Part shown: piece after piece, positions 35,783-45,942 of the stretch
Position numbering within the stretch: the first letter of the stretch is position 1
Layout of the letters: each line of letters starts with the position of its first letter
Source of the DNA: a virus
Strand: one strand, 5' to 3'
DNA length: 64,000 bases
Virus record (IMG/VR): IMGVR_UViG_3300046779_000879
Location: 32,001 to 96,000 of that record
Position numbers and translations under genes: made by a program
The notes under the pieces: generated by a model
Told to the model about the DNA's origin: nothing
Databases searched by the model: none
The model's input: only the letters and a program-made list of their open reading frames with translations

Positions 35783-37582
35783 TTATCCCTCACAAGCTAA
35801 GCAGGTATCTGCGTCGCCAGTTAGTGCATGAAGATCGATCTCTTTAATAACTTCTCGTTCGATACGTTTTGATACCTTATCAGCTTTAGCAATCTTATCT
35901 GAACGGCAATAGTACATAGTTTTTAAACCTTGCTTCCATGCTTGGAAGTGAACAGCGTGAATATATTTGATATGACTATCTGGTCTGAAAAACACATTCA
36001 ATGATTGGGCTTGATCAATAAACTCTTGACGATCTGCAGCGTGTTGGACAACCCAACGCTGGTCAATTTCCATTGATGTTTTATACACATCTTTAGTCCA
36101 CTCATCCATCCAATCAAGGTGCTGAACAGAACCATCGTTGGCAATAATGCTGGACCAAACTTCGTCTGCCCATCCTTCTTTATGATTTACTGCTTCTGTT
36201 TGAATCACTATATCCAAGAAACGATTCTTGTTTAAGTGAGAACCCGATAGAGTGTCTTGGCGATAAGCATTGGCACGATAAGGTTCAATAGAAGGACTAG
36301 TATTGCCCATGAGAATGGAAGAAGAAGCATTGGGAGCAATAGCCATAAGATGACTAAAGCGATTCCCAGTACCCACTGCGTCCAATGCTTCACCACGTTC
36401 AGATCCCAATTCTTTATTAGCAACATCTAACTTTCCTCTTATGTGTGCAAAGATTTGTTTGTTACGTCCGATTGCCATTGGGGATTCCCAAGGTAACTTG
36501 TTTTTCTGCAAGTAGGCATGCCAACCCAACGCACCGATGCCGATACTTCTTTCTCGCATGGCGGAGTATTTTGCTCTTTTAATGGTGGAAGGTGCATTAT
36601 CAATAAAATACTGAAGAACATTGTCAAGCATTTCTGCAACATCACGAAGGAAAGTAGGATGCGATTTCCATTCATCATAGTACTCCAAGTTTAGAGATGA
36701 CAAGCAACATACTGCTGTTCGCTTTTCATTTGTTGGTAGAATAATCTCAGAACAGAGATTTGATTGATGAATCTTTAAACCTTTATCTTTTAACCATTGT
36801 GGCAATTTACGATTCGATTCATCAATAAAGTGTAGGTATGGTTCGCCAGTCATCATACGCATTTCAAGGATACGTTGCCATAATTCTTTTGCTGATACAG
36901 TTTCACGAATTTCGTTTGATGCTGGATCAACTAAATTCCAAGAGTCATCTGCATCAGGATCAATCATACAATTCTCAACTAACTGCATAAACGCATCAGG
37001 AATATTGATACCATGATGCATGTTAAGAGTACGCATGTTTTGGTCGCCTGTCGGCTTGCGCATCTCTAGAAAGTTAATAATGTCGGGATGACTGATATCA
37101 AGATAAGCAGCATAACTTCCACGACGAGTACGACCTTGGCGATAAGCAAGACTCGAAGCATCGTACATTTTGAGGTGTGGCATGACACCAGTGCTCTTGT
37201 CGTCTGCCGAACGTATACCGAACCCAATACCAACACCACCCCCGAGCATAGAAAGCCAATTAGTTTCAGAAAGGTTATCAACTAGTCCCTCCGCTGTATC
37301 TTCAATGTAGTTAAGAAAGCAAGAGATAGGCAATCCTCTTTTACTTCTCCCGAATGAGAGAATAGGTGTTGAGTAACTAAGCCAGTGCTTGCTGGAATAA
37401 TCGTAAAGTCTTTGTGCATGTTCTGGATTGCTACCAAATTTACTGCTAACGAATGCGAATCTTTCTTGTGGCGAAACTTCTTCATCTTTCATGTAACTTT
37501 CTTTTAATCTTATCTTTCCTAATTCATCGAACAAATTATCTCGAGAATAGTCTACCTTGATGCCATGTACAATATTGTTCAT
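35783..37582 (-). CDS. nrdA: ribonucleotide reductase class Ia alpha subunit (short, no ATP cone)
   Basis: PISCF, SNLCSEI, CCLSS, APNASS, YY, C-terminal CLAC. Confidence 0.95.
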   Translation of the reverse strand: MNNIVHGIKVDYSRDNLFDELGKIRLKESYMKDEEVSPQERFAFVSSKFGSNPEHAQRLYDYSSKHWLSYSTPILSFGRSKRGLPISCFLNYIEDTAEGLVDNLSETNWLSMLGGGVGIGFGIRSADDKSTGVMPHLKMYDASSLAYRQGRTRRGSYAAYLDISHPDIINFLEMRKPTGDQNMRTLNMHHGINIPDAFMQLVENCMIDPDADDSWNLVDPASNEIRETVSAKELWQRILEMRMMTGEPYLHFIDESNRKLPQWLKDKGLKIHQSNLCSEIILPTNEKRTAVCCLSSLNLEYYDEWKSHPTFLRDVAEMLDNVLQYFIDNAPSTIKRAKYSAMRERSIGIGALGWHAYLQKNKLPWESPMAIGRNKQIFAHIRGKLDVANKELGSERGEALDAVGTGNRFSHLMAIAPNASSSILMGNTSPSIEPYRANAYRQDTLSGSHLNKNRFLDIVIQTEAVNHKEGWADEVWSSIIANDGSVQHLDWMDEWTKDVYKTSMEIDQRWVVQHAADRQEFIDQAQSLNVFFRPDSHIKYIHAVHFQAWKQGLKTMYYCRSDKIAKADKVSKRIEREVIKEIDLHALTGDADTCLACEG

Positions 37583-37597
37583 TTATTACTCCACTTA

Positions 37598-38605
37598 TTA
37601 TTTTAATTTTTCTAACTCTGAATAGATTTGTTCTATCTGTGAGTCATATCTTCTACTATCGTTTTGCTCTATTAAATTAGCATATTCTATAAACAACAAA
37701 TCTTTTCTAAAAGAATCTTCATAATTATTTTTATTATATAAAAGAGTATTCATTCTATCTTTTAGTTTACAAAATTCATATACCAAAGACTCAGCATATT
37801 CACCAATTAGTTTTTTGATTTCTTCCCGTTTAACATTATCACTACCATTATATTGATAATGTTCTGTTCCATATACAGAATGATATAGTCCAGCAGCACA
37901 CACTTCTTTTGTATGTCCTAATTGCTCTAAAAGTAAAGAAACTCTATACAAATGTTCAAAAAATGTTTTTCCAGAATGTTTTAAATCAATGCTTTGTTTA
38001 AAGATAAAATCGACCTCTTCGCTTAAACAAGAATGATCAATAGTTTTAAATACTAATACACTTCTAAGTTCTGGACAAATTCTACTTAATGGTCTAGCAG
38101 AATGAAATTTATTCGAATCAAAAATTAAAACTCTATTTGGTTTTGGTAGTACAGAATATTCTATCTCATTATCAGAATTAAGAATTGTTGTTTCTCCACC
38201 CCAATCTCTATCCCAAGTTTTATTTAAATAAACAATAATAGTTTCTGTCAAAACACTAGAACCAAATTTTTTTAGAATCCAGTTATCATCTACGTGATAA
38301 TATGCATCAGTACCAAAAGTATAACCATTGATATATGATCTTAAAAGACATCGTTTACCAATTTTAGATTGAATAGCCGACCATAATAGATCTACTTCTT
38401 GATGTGATGATATAAAGGGCATAACACTATGATCATAATAATGAAATTTACTGTTGCTTAAAATGTTTTTATTCCAGTGTCCAAAGTCGTAAGATTTATC
38501 AACATTAGACTTTCCACCATAAGTTAATCCACTCTCTACATATCTTGACCTAATATTTGATATTAGGTTATCACATTCATCTAACTGCAATAAAATAGTA
38601 CTCAT
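37598..38605 (-). CDS. 2OG-Fe(II) oxygenase fused to an HD-like (DUF6817-like) domain
   Basis: HVD, WGGET, FHSAR, RSVLVFK; then HSGKTFFEHL...AAGLYHSVYGT. Confidence 0.8.
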   Translation of the reverse strand: MSTILLQLDECDNLISNIRSRYVESGLTYGGKSNVDKSYDFGHWNKNILSNSKFHYYDHSVMPFISSHQEVDLLWSAIQSKIGKRCLLRSYINGYTFGTDAYYHVDDNWILKKFGSSVLTETIIVYLNKTWDRDWGGETTILNSDNEIEYSVLPKPNRVLIFDSNKFHSARPLSRICPELRSVLVFKTIDHSCLSEEVDFIFKQSIDLKHSGKTFFEHLYRVSLLLEQLGHTKEVCAAGLYHSVYGTEHYQYNGSDNVKREEIKKLIGEYAESLVYEFCKLKDRMNTLLYNKNNYEDSFRKDLLFIEYANLIEQNDSRRYDSQIEQIYSELEKLK

Positions 38606-39285
38606 AATTGTCTATCCAATTTTTTAATAATTGGGAATACCTCAGCAATAACTTTAGCACATTCAAGTGCAACTATCTGATGTTCTTTTTGTGTACCATT
38701 TGCACTGCGTAATTCAATAAAGTGAATCCAACTACGCAGTGTACCATTCATGTATAAACGACTAACTGTATTGCCTTCTGGTAGAATTGCTCTTGCTTGT
38801 TCTTTAGCAATTCCTTGACCAATCGCCCAGTCATACGTCTTTATTACTAGTGCTAGAATTTCTCTTTGCCTGTGACGCCACTCTTCAGCAATATTCTGTC
38901 CAGCAATGGTGGCTGGTAACTCTACGCTATTTTGACGATTGGTTTCGTCTTGGAGTCTGGCTTCCCTAAGGACAAATGATAAGTCCTTGGTGGGATCTGC
39001 GTAGCGTTGGCTGAATTCTTGAAAACTAAAAGAGCGGTGACGCAAGATTTGTCTTGCGATATCACGAGTAGTTTCTATTTCTAAACACGCACTGACCATT
39101 TCTAATGGTGACCAATGGCTGTGTTTGATAAGATACTTAATTAACTTCTCTGATGTCTCTGTGTTGAACTGGTTGGATGGATTTGATACACGAGCACAAA
39201 AAGCAACTAGCTCTTGTGCGTCAATCAAACCCTCATCATACATTTCATCTGATGGTTTAGAATAACTAATCAATTTCACTTTCAC
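38602..39285 (-). CDS. thyX: flavin-dependent thymidylate synthase
   Basis: HWSPLE, RQILRHRSFSFQEFSQRY. Confidence 0.97.
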   Translation of the reverse strand: MKVKLISYSKPSDEMYDEGLIDAQELVAFCARVSNPSNQFNTETSEKLIKYLIKHSHWSPLEMVSACLEIETTRDIARQILRHRSFSFQEFSQRYADPTKDLSFVLREARLQDETNRQNSVELPATIAGQNIAEEWRHRQREILALVIKTYDWAIGQGIAKEQARAILPEGNTVSRLYMNGTLRSWIHFIELRSANGTQKEHQIVALECAKVIAEVFPIIKKLDRQL

Positions 39286-40307
39286 TTAACTCTCCATTCA
39301 CTAAATCTAAGTTTCGCTTCCATACCAGTATGGGTGTTTGTATTTATTACTTCGGTGATTTCATCGGCAGTCATTTCGCCATGTAAAATCATTTCATTAA
39401 TATCCTTTTGTTGTATGCTGTTTGGAAACATACATACACTAAATCCTGAATCAATATATTTTTCTAACTGTTTGACGATATCTTTATTTCTTGGCTCATT
39501 GTCCATAATGATTGTAGCGTTAGTGAGCAACTGACGAATCGTTGGTGTATCAAATGAAGCACCTGACACAGCAACAGCATTGGGTAGAAATAAAGAATCA
39601 ATTGGACCTTCCACAACCAAGATTCGTTTCGAATAATCAACTCGATCCAAACCATAAATCTTTTCCTGAGTCTCATCTACCTTAATGGTATAATACTTAG
39701 GCTCCTCATTTCCATACGCTCTACCTTGAAAAGCAAAACACTTTCCTGCTGGAGTAAAGTATGGAATAATCATACGTGGATGTTCATCAACAATTGGTTC
39801 CACAAACTTCGGTGTGACAGAGTTTACAAACTTCTTAAACTTAGCACAGAAGTAAAGCAGATGCCATTTGTCTCGTGGAATCTTTCTACTCAAAACATAC
39901 TTTACTGCAGGATGAGAAACATCAAGTGTGTCTATCCTACTTAGTGGCTCAAGAATATCATCTTCAAGCAACTCAATCTTTTCTGGTTCTGGTAGGATTT
40001 CCGATATATCTTTGTGCGCATTGTAACGAGTAGCACCAGCTTTGTATCGTTCAAGAACATACTCATCATATAATTTTGTATCAACATACTTAATTAAATT
40101 ACCAATATTGGTACTGTAGTTGCAGTTGTGGCACTTCACAAACAAGTCAGCTTCTGCACGATAAATGTACCCACGTGCCTTCAATTTATTTTTAGATGAG
40201 TCACCACACACTGGACAAGAATAGTTCCAGAGATAATCTTTTTTCTGTTTGAAATTTCGCAAGCGACTACCCAGTATTTGGGCATACTTTGCATCAATGT
40301 ATAACAT
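39282..40307 (-). CDS. 61: DNA primase (gp61)
   Basis: CPVCGDS...CHNC zinc finger; VEGPIDS TOPRIM, DNEPRN, KDINEM. Confidence 0.95.
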   Translation of the reverse strand: MLYIDAKYAQILGSRLRNFKQKKDYLWNYSCPVCGDSSKNKLKARGYIYRAEADLFVKCHNCNYSTNIGNLIKYVDTKLYDEYVLERYKAGATRYNAHKDISEILPEPEKIELLEDDILEPLSRIDTLDVSHPAVKYVLSRKIPRDKWHLLYFCAKFKKFVNSVTPKFVEPIVDEHPRMIIPYFTPAGKCFAFQGRAYGNEEPKYYTIKVDETQEKIYGLDRVDYSKRILVVEGPIDSLFLPNAVAVSGASFDTPTIRQLLTNATIIMDNEPRNKDIVKQLEKYIDSGFSVCMFPNSIQQKDINEMILHGEMTADEITEVINTNTHTGMEAKLRFSEWRVK

Positions 40308-40330
40308 AATAACTCCACATGTAGGATACA

Positions 40331-40359
40331 ATTATACCCTACATAACATTATAAAACAA
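40331..40359 (-). promoter_or_regulatory. sigma70-type promoter
   Basis: TTGTTT-N17-TATAAT. Confidence 0.65.
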
Positions 40360-40361
40360 GT

Positions 40362-40718
40362 TTATTTCAGAAAATTTGCAATTTCTGAGATATGACCAAG
40401 AATAAATCCTAAAGTTGCAGCACCACCGATTACATACCATTTCCACTGCTCTAATGCACCAACTCGCTTTTCCATTTTCTCTATATCTTCAACAACATCT
40501 TTACGTATTTCTTCATGTTGAGTTTGCGAGATTTGAGCATTTGCATTCATCTTATGCTCAATGCGTGTTTGCATATCGTCAATCTTATCAACGATCTCTC
40601 TATTAGATGTAGTAATACGAGAGTGGATCTCTTTAATATCAGATTTCAACTCTTTGACATCCTCTTTAATAGTTTCTACTTGCGCTTCCAATTTAGCTAG
40701 TCTCTCTGGCGAATCCAT
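40362..40718 (-). CDS. coiled-coil protein with C-terminal TM helix (possible lysis accessory/holin-like)
   Basis: follows the spanin pair. Confidence 0.6.
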   Translation of the reverse strand: MDSPERLAKLEAQVETIKEDVKELKSDIKEIHSRITTSNREIVDKIDDMQTRIEHKMNANAQISQTQHEEIRKDVVEDIEKMEKRVGALEQWKWYVIGGAATLGFILGHISEIANFLK

Positions 40719-40982
40719 TTATTTTACACTTTCAAAAATGTATTTTTGTGTTTTGTACCATTCAACCCAAGTGTCTACTTTAATTTTACATTCATGATAT
40801 TGTCCGTAGTTGTCCACTACGACTTTCAACACTTCACTTAACTTTTCAGTAGGTTCTGTAGTCTTTAAGTCAGGACATGCTTCCATAAGTTGTTTTGGAA
40901 CTTCTGGAAAAGTTCTTTTCACTGGTGTTGTTAAACAACCTGTTAGTAATATAACAGGAATCAAAAGAAGTAATCTTTTCAT
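40719..40982 (-). CDS. o-spanin-like lipoprotein
   Basis: lipobox LLTGC, Pro-rich, two further Cys. Confidence 0.7.
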   Translation of the reverse strand: MKRLLLLIPVILLTGCLTTPVKRTFPEVPKQLMEACPDLKTTEPTEKLSEVLKVVVDNYGQYHECKIKVDTWVEWYKTQKYIFESVK

Positions 40983-41434
40983 TTCTTGATTCCCTTTGCT
41001 GCATCGTTAAAAATGTCTACAGTTTCATTAGTAATTTTACACTGAGAATCAATTTTAACTTCTACTGTCTTTATTTTTTCTTGAATAACAACTTGAGTTT
41101 CTTTAACAACTCGCACTTTATCCACATAAACAGTTTTAATCTTTTCGTTAGCGGTTTTAGATTCAGCTTCAGCTTTTGCAACCTTGGCTTCCATCTCAGC
41201 TACTCTTGCTCTCCATGACATCTCAACACCAACCCCACCTTTAAAGTATACACCAGCAATGAGTAGAACAAGAGCAACTATTTGCAGGAGCATTCTGTAA
41301 GGAATAATCCACGGAAGATAACGAATAAAGAAACCAAAGAAAAATGCTACAACAGTGCCGATGATACCAGCAATTAGAATTGCATTAACTACCCAAAGTA
41401 GGAACGCATCAGGAATAAAATTAAGCAGAAACAT
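40979..41434 (-). CDS. i-spanin-like membrane protein
   Basis: N-terminal TM helices, coiled coil, C-terminal Cys; overlaps the lipoprotein start. Confidence 0.65.
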   Translation of the reverse strand: MFLLNFIPDAFLLWVVNAILIAGIIGTVVAFFFGFFIRYLPWIIPYRMLLQIVALVLLIAGVYFKGGVGVEMSWRARVAEMEAKVAKAEAESKTANEKIKTVYVDKVRVVKETQVVIQEKIKTVEVKIDSQCKITNETVDIFNDAAKGIKK

Positions 41435-41945
41435 TCACTGGTTTTCTCTTAGCCATTAGCTGAAACTTCTTGATGTTTTTCTTATCAATTTTAGGTTCAT
41501 CAGTAGAGACTGCAGCACCAGTAACATTCATGGCACCAGCATCACCTTCTTCAGATAAGAATTTTTTAACAAGTAGTTCCTCTTCAACAAGAGACACTCT
41601 ATTATCCAACATAGTGATCAACTTATCAAACTTTTCTTGCATCATTGCAGTTGAACGACTGCCTGACTCGTATGTTTCTTTGACTAACCAAAGAGCAGCA
41701 ACTAAACTTTTAGTCTTGTTTTCACCACCTGGAAGTTTGTTAATGATTTTCTTCATATTGAAAACCAAACGATTCAAAAAGGTGTAAGCATCTTTTTCTT
41801 GTGTAGTCGAAAGAGTATTTGCTTTGCGAAGATTCTTTCCTTTTGCATCAATAATACCTAGCTTGAATGCTTCCGTGTCAGTGAAATTTGTCACTAACAT
41901 TTTTAATACTTTGTAAGCAATCAGGTTGTCTATTATGCGACTCAT
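41421..41945 (-). CDS. conserved T4-like hypothetical late protein
   Basis: AFKLGIID.KGK..RK motif. Confidence 0.7.
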   Translation of the reverse strand: MSRIIDNLIAYKVLKMLVTNFTDTEAFKLGIIDAKGKNLRKANTLSTTQEKDAYTFLNRLVFNMKKIINKLPGGENKTKSLVAALWLVKETYESGSRSTAMMQEKFDKLITMLDNRVSLVEEELLVKKFLSEEGDAGAMNVTGAAVSTDEPKIDKKNIKKFQLMAKRKPVNVSA

Positions 41946-42325
41946 TAAATCTTCCTTAATGTGGCTATGATTGTTTCATCTAAAACTACATCTGATAAAA
42001 CAATACCGTATTCTGGTAGGGTTTCTGGCATTCGATCAAGATAGACCAAGAATGTTACCAACGAATCCCAACACTCTTTTTCGATTTTATAAAACAGCAT
42101 CTTAGTTGCTGAATCACCGAAGATATTATAAAGGACAATAATATGATTGAGGATTAATCTTTCTCGCAGTTCACCATTGTTTTTATATCTTGAGAGCAAT
42201 TTCTTAAGATACAAGAACTTTTTGATATCTTCTTCAAACTCTGCTAGACTATGACATTGTGGGTTATCATAGTGATGCATTGCATAAACAAGAAAGTTAC
42301 CTTCATTTAATTTTTCACTAACCAT
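41945..42325 (-). CDS. conserved T4-like hypothetical protein
   Basis: YDNPQC..EFEED..RLILNHIIVLYNIFG. Confidence 0.75.
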   Translation of the reverse strand: MVSEKLNEGNFLVYAMHHYDNPQCHSLAEFEEDIKKFLYLKKLLSRYKNNGELRERLILNHIIVLYNIFGDSATKMLFYKIEKECWDSLVTFLVYLDRMPETLPEYGIVLSDVVLDETIIATLRKI

Positions 42326-42381
42326 ATTCTCTTCACAGAAATAGAGGGAGACCAACTCTCCCTCTTTACATCATGTATTTA

Positions 42382-42918
42382 TTACGCTACTGTTAAAGTC
42401 GCTGCGTTAGAAGTCTTAGTGTCAGCACCAGCTAGAGATACTAGAACACGATACTTGTCGCCATCTGTTGCACCTGCGCCATCACCAGTTGCTGTCGCAC
42501 CAGTTGTGTATGACGCAGTAGTTCCACCAGTACCAGTTGTTACGTTAGCCCATGCGCCAGCACCTTCTTGTTGAATCTGCCATTGGTATGTGATTGTACC
42601 AGTACCAGTACGAGTAGCAGTTACGCTAAATGTAGCTGTTGCTGGAGCAGTTACAGATTGATTAGCTGGTTGTACAGTGATAGTAATTTCTGGGGCAATA
42701 GTGTCATTGTCACCAGTCATTGAACCCATCGCAACCAATACTTCGTGGAATACACGACCAGAGCGATCTCCAGAACCAGTTGTTTTTAAATTCCAGCCAG
42801 CAGTTAATCCATTAGCAGTTGCTTCTTCAGTATTAATACCAACAGTGTTTGATGCGTCTGTTGCATTTAAAAACTTTGGTTTACCTGCTTCCTCGTCTAC
42901 GTTTGTCCATAGTGCCAT
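42382..42918 (-). CDS. Ig-like domain virion protein (Hoc-like decoration)
   Basis: ITVQPANQSV..ATFSVTA..TYQWQ..YRVLV..SNAATLTV. Confidence 0.8.
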   Translation of the reverse strand: MALWTNVDEEAGKPKFLNATDASNTVGINTEEATANGLTAGWNLKTTGSGDRSGRVFHEVLVAMGSMTGDNDTIAPEITITVQPANQSVTAPATATFSVTATRTGTGTITYQWQIQQEGAGAWANVTTGTGGTTASYTTGATATGDGAGATDGDKYRVLVSLAGADTKTSNAATLTVA

Positions 42919-42930
42919 TTTTATTTCTCC

Positions 42931-44532
42931 TTATTTGTATAACTTTGAAGTGCCAGTAATTTTACCAGCACCAGATTTTGCCCCAGCTGGGCGACCACGA
43001 CCACGCTTTACAGCTGGCTGTTGTTTTGGTTTCTTATCATCAGCATCGTCAGCACCTTCTGGATCTACATATGATCCACCATAAGTGCCTTTGTGAACAT
43101 AACGACCATCTTTTGCTTCATACTCAAGCATCATTGCAAATTCTTTATAAGAAACTTTATTGTTTATGATATTACCATCTGCATCAAAACTTTCTTTCAC
43201 ATTAGTTGGCATACCATTGATTGGTTTCTTAGTTGCTTTATATGCTTTGTGCTCTGGAGTACCTTTAATATATTTTTTATCTGGAACTGGAGCAACAGGT
43301 GCTTGCTCTTCTATTTCAGAGTGTAGATAATCAGACGCAGTTTGAATGTAGTCAGCAGCAAGAGTAATCTTAGACTGAACCCACTCAGGTAGATTAGTAT
43401 CAGGTTGCATTTTTGCTTGTAGTGCCTCAGCATGACGCATGATGGTCTTTAGTTGAGTAACAGCCATCTCACCTTCGTAGTTGTACTCATTGTCATCTTT
43501 CTCAAACAAACGATCGATATCTTCTTTCATTTGTTTCTTTATTGCGTCTTTAGCAAGTGCACGTGCACGACTCATTGGTGATTGAGTAGTGCCATCTGAG
43601 TTTTTAGCAGGTTTAGTCTTTGTGTATGGACCATCGAATGGAACATCGTCTTTTTTAACTTCTTCGGCTTTCATTGCAGCACGACCAATTGCTACGTTTA
43701 AATTCTGTGCTCTTTTGTAACCATATTCAGCAGGATCTAACTTAAGACCACGATTGATTTGTGCACCTTTAGATGCAGCCATCACATTTTTCATTATCTT
43801 GTTTCTTTTAGCTTGATCAGATTTCTCGTCTAATTCTTGAACTTCTTCTGCCATTTTTATTCTGTTTTTCATAAACTCAGAACGACCACGTCCAACTGTG
43901 CCACCAATTCGATCTGTCTTCTTTGCTGCAGTTTGAGCATTATCAAAATGTCTTTCTTCGCCATCCATGTCACCCTTAGCATTTGCTCTTGCTGCTTTCT
44001 TCATGTGTCCCATAACTACATCACCATGAACTTTTGTGATTGCTTTTTCAGTTGGCTTGGTATCGTTACCATTAACATGAGCATTTGCAAATTTATTGTA
44101 GAGAGTTCTTACTGATAGATCACCTTCGTCTAATTCTTCAGCTTCTTCTTTCATCGCTTGTTTAGTTGCAGTAGCATACATAACTTCTTTTGCTCTGTCA
44201 CCGTAACGTGCTTTGAAGCCAGCTAAGTTTTTCTTCATACCTTTAACGATACGCTCTCTTTCAGCCATATCTGCATCAGACATCTTGGCTTCTTTCATTT
44301 CTTCTTTGTCGTCTTTAGATTCAGCATCGTTGAAAACGATTTCTTTATGAGACTTACGACCAGATGGACCAACTTTATAATCGGCACGAGCCATACGAAC
44401 TTCTGCCTCATCTAACTCTTCTTCCTCTTTACGAAGAAGTTTAAAGTCTTGAGCATCGATCTCGCCATTCTTGTTCTTATCGATCTTGTGTTGTTTGCCC
44501 TTCAAGGCTTCCATAAATGATTTAAATTGCAT
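42931..44532 (-). CDS. putative internal head protein
   Basis: MQFKSFMEA N-terminus, many L/M-x-E sites, LPEWVQSKIT domain, AT-hook KRGRGRP. Confidence 0.7.
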   Translation of the reverse strand: MQFKSFMEALKGKQHKIDKNKNGEIDAQDFKLLRKEEEELDEAEVRMARADYKVGPSGRKSHKEIVFNDAESKDDKEEMKEAKMSDADMAERERIVKGMKKNLAGFKARYGDRAKEVMYATATKQAMKEEAEELDEGDLSVRTLYNKFANAHVNGNDTKPTEKAITKVHGDVVMGHMKKAARANAKGDMDGEERHFDNAQTAAKKTDRIGGTVGRGRSEFMKNRIKMAEEVQELDEKSDQAKRNKIMKNVMAASKGAQINRGLKLDPAEYGYKRAQNLNVAIGRAAMKAEEVKKDDVPFDGPYTKTKPAKNSDGTTQSPMSRARALAKDAIKKQMKEDIDRLFEKDDNEYNYEGEMAVTQLKTIMRHAEALQAKMQPDTNLPEWVQSKITLAADYIQTASDYLHSEIEEQAPVAPVPDKKYIKGTPEHKAYKATKKPINGMPTNVKESFDADGNIINNKVSYKEFAMMLEYEAKDGRYVHKGTYGGSYVDPEGADDADDKKPKQQPAVKRGRGRPAGAKSGAGKITGTSKLYK

Positions 44533-44534
44533 TC

Positions 44535-44969
44535 TTATTCCCCAGATTTAAGGATAGATTTTAACATCCATCCATGTTTCTTATGTGCGTCTAGTCTACC
44601 AGCTACGAAATCAGCAAACCCCTGCTCACCTGCAGTGTCTAATTCCCCGAATAATTTATTTAGGGTTATAATGCTTTGGTTATTTGCAATTAATAGATCT
44701 GCCACCATCGCAGATGCATTTGTTGCAACATTGTCTCCATCAATAGTCTTTAGAGCAAAAACTTCATCTAAATTCTTTGGAGCATACTCGCCGAGTGCTC
44801 GAATTTCTTCTGCAAATGGATCAACTGCCCCTTGTAACTCTTCATATAAGTCACCGAAAAACTCATGCATTTGTGGGAAGAACATACCTTCCACATTCCA
44901 GTGATACGATTGTGCTTTGAAATACATTACGAATGTATTTGCCATTGCTTGTTTTGCGGTTTCAATCAT
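44535..44969 (-). CDS. dps: Dps/ferritin-like protein
   Basis: HWNVEG..F..HEFF..Y, D.FAEEIRALG, KHGWML. Confidence 0.9.
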   Translation of the reverse strand: MIETAKQAMANTFVMYFKAQSYHWNVEGMFFPQMHEFFGDLYEELQGAVDPFAEEIRALGEYAPKNLDEVFALKTIDGDNVATNASAMVADLLIANNQSIITLNKLFGELDTAGEQGFADFVAGRLDAHKKHGWMLKSILKSGE

Positions 44970-45934
44970 TAACAGTTCCACTTTCTAAGAGCCAGTGCCT
45001 TACGAGTTGGTTCACCATTTGGTTTTTTCATTGGACCTTCCATACCACCCATACGTGCGCAGAAAGATTTTCTACGCTTTGCTGCTTTGCTGTCTGGGTT
45101 TAACTTAGATGGTGGAGTCGTTACTGGTGCTTTTAGATTAGCACCTTTAGCATTATATGCATCACGACCTTTTTGAGTTAAACCACCAGTAGAAGACTTG
45201 TGTCCTTTGGCATCGACTGCATACTCTAGCAACTCTTCATCGCTAAACTGTTCAAACTTTTCCCAAACATATTCAGGATCTAGATTATGTTGTAGTGCAA
45301 GATCTTCAATAACTTCTTCGATTAAGTCAAACTGTTGTTCAACTTCTTCATTCTTTGGTACGCAGTCAGGAACCATGCGGTCACCTTTCTTTTTCATACC
45401 AACTTGCTTATGAGTATCCCAGCATGCTTCGTATAACTCTTCATCCATCTCTTCACCGAACATCTCACGATACTTCTTAGTGTGCTTGGATTCTTTGGTC
45501 TTTGCTTCTGCATCTCCAGGTGCTGGAGCATATGCAGATGGATCGCTATCGCTTTTCTTATCCATTTTGTCCCAATGTGCTGCTCTGGCTTTTGCTGTTG
45601 AAGCAGATAGACCAGCAACATATTTCTTTGGTAGACCAGACTCTTTATCTTTTGGAACTTCTGGTAGATTATTTTCTACGATTTCTTCTTCACGTAGATC
45701 TTTATCAGCACCATGATAAGTTCCCTTACCTTTAGTGATATAAGAATTTACACGAGCCATACCCCACTGTTGTGGAGTAGTTCCTGGACGATGACCAGAG
45801 TTCCATGCAGCAACACCACGACGATATACTTTACGTAGTGTGCCAATAGAAATACCTGACTTTGATGCTTTGGCTGCGAGACCAGCGTCAGCAGTTTCGC
45901 AGATTGTGATTGCAAATTGTTTTAATGATAGCAT
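44969..45934 (-). CDS. putative internal head protein, multi-domain
   Basis: VYRRGVAAW..HRPG..QWGMARVN; RRKSFCARM..ALRKWNC. Confidence 0.7.
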   Translation of the reverse strand: MLSLKQFAITICETADAGLAAKASKSGISIGTLRKVYRRGVAAWNSGHRPGTTPQQWGMARVNSYITKGKGTYHGADKDLREEEIVENNLPEVPKDKESGLPKKYVAGLSASTAKARAAHWDKMDKKSDSDPSAYAPAPGDAEAKTKESKHTKKYREMFGEEMDEELYEACWDTHKQVGMKKKGDRMVPDCVPKNEEVEQQFDLIEEVIEDLALQHNLDPEYVWEKFEQFSDEELLEYAVDAKGHKSSTGGLTQKGRDAYNAKGANLKAPVTTPPSKLNPDSKAAKRRKSFCARMGGMEGPMKKPNGEPTRKALALRKWNC

Positions 45935-45942
45935 GTTATTCC

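Noticed and set aside
33382-39285. Introns or inteins in nrdA, nrdB or thyX
   Set aside because: All three are continuous and of normal or short length; the GIY-YIG gene is free-standing.
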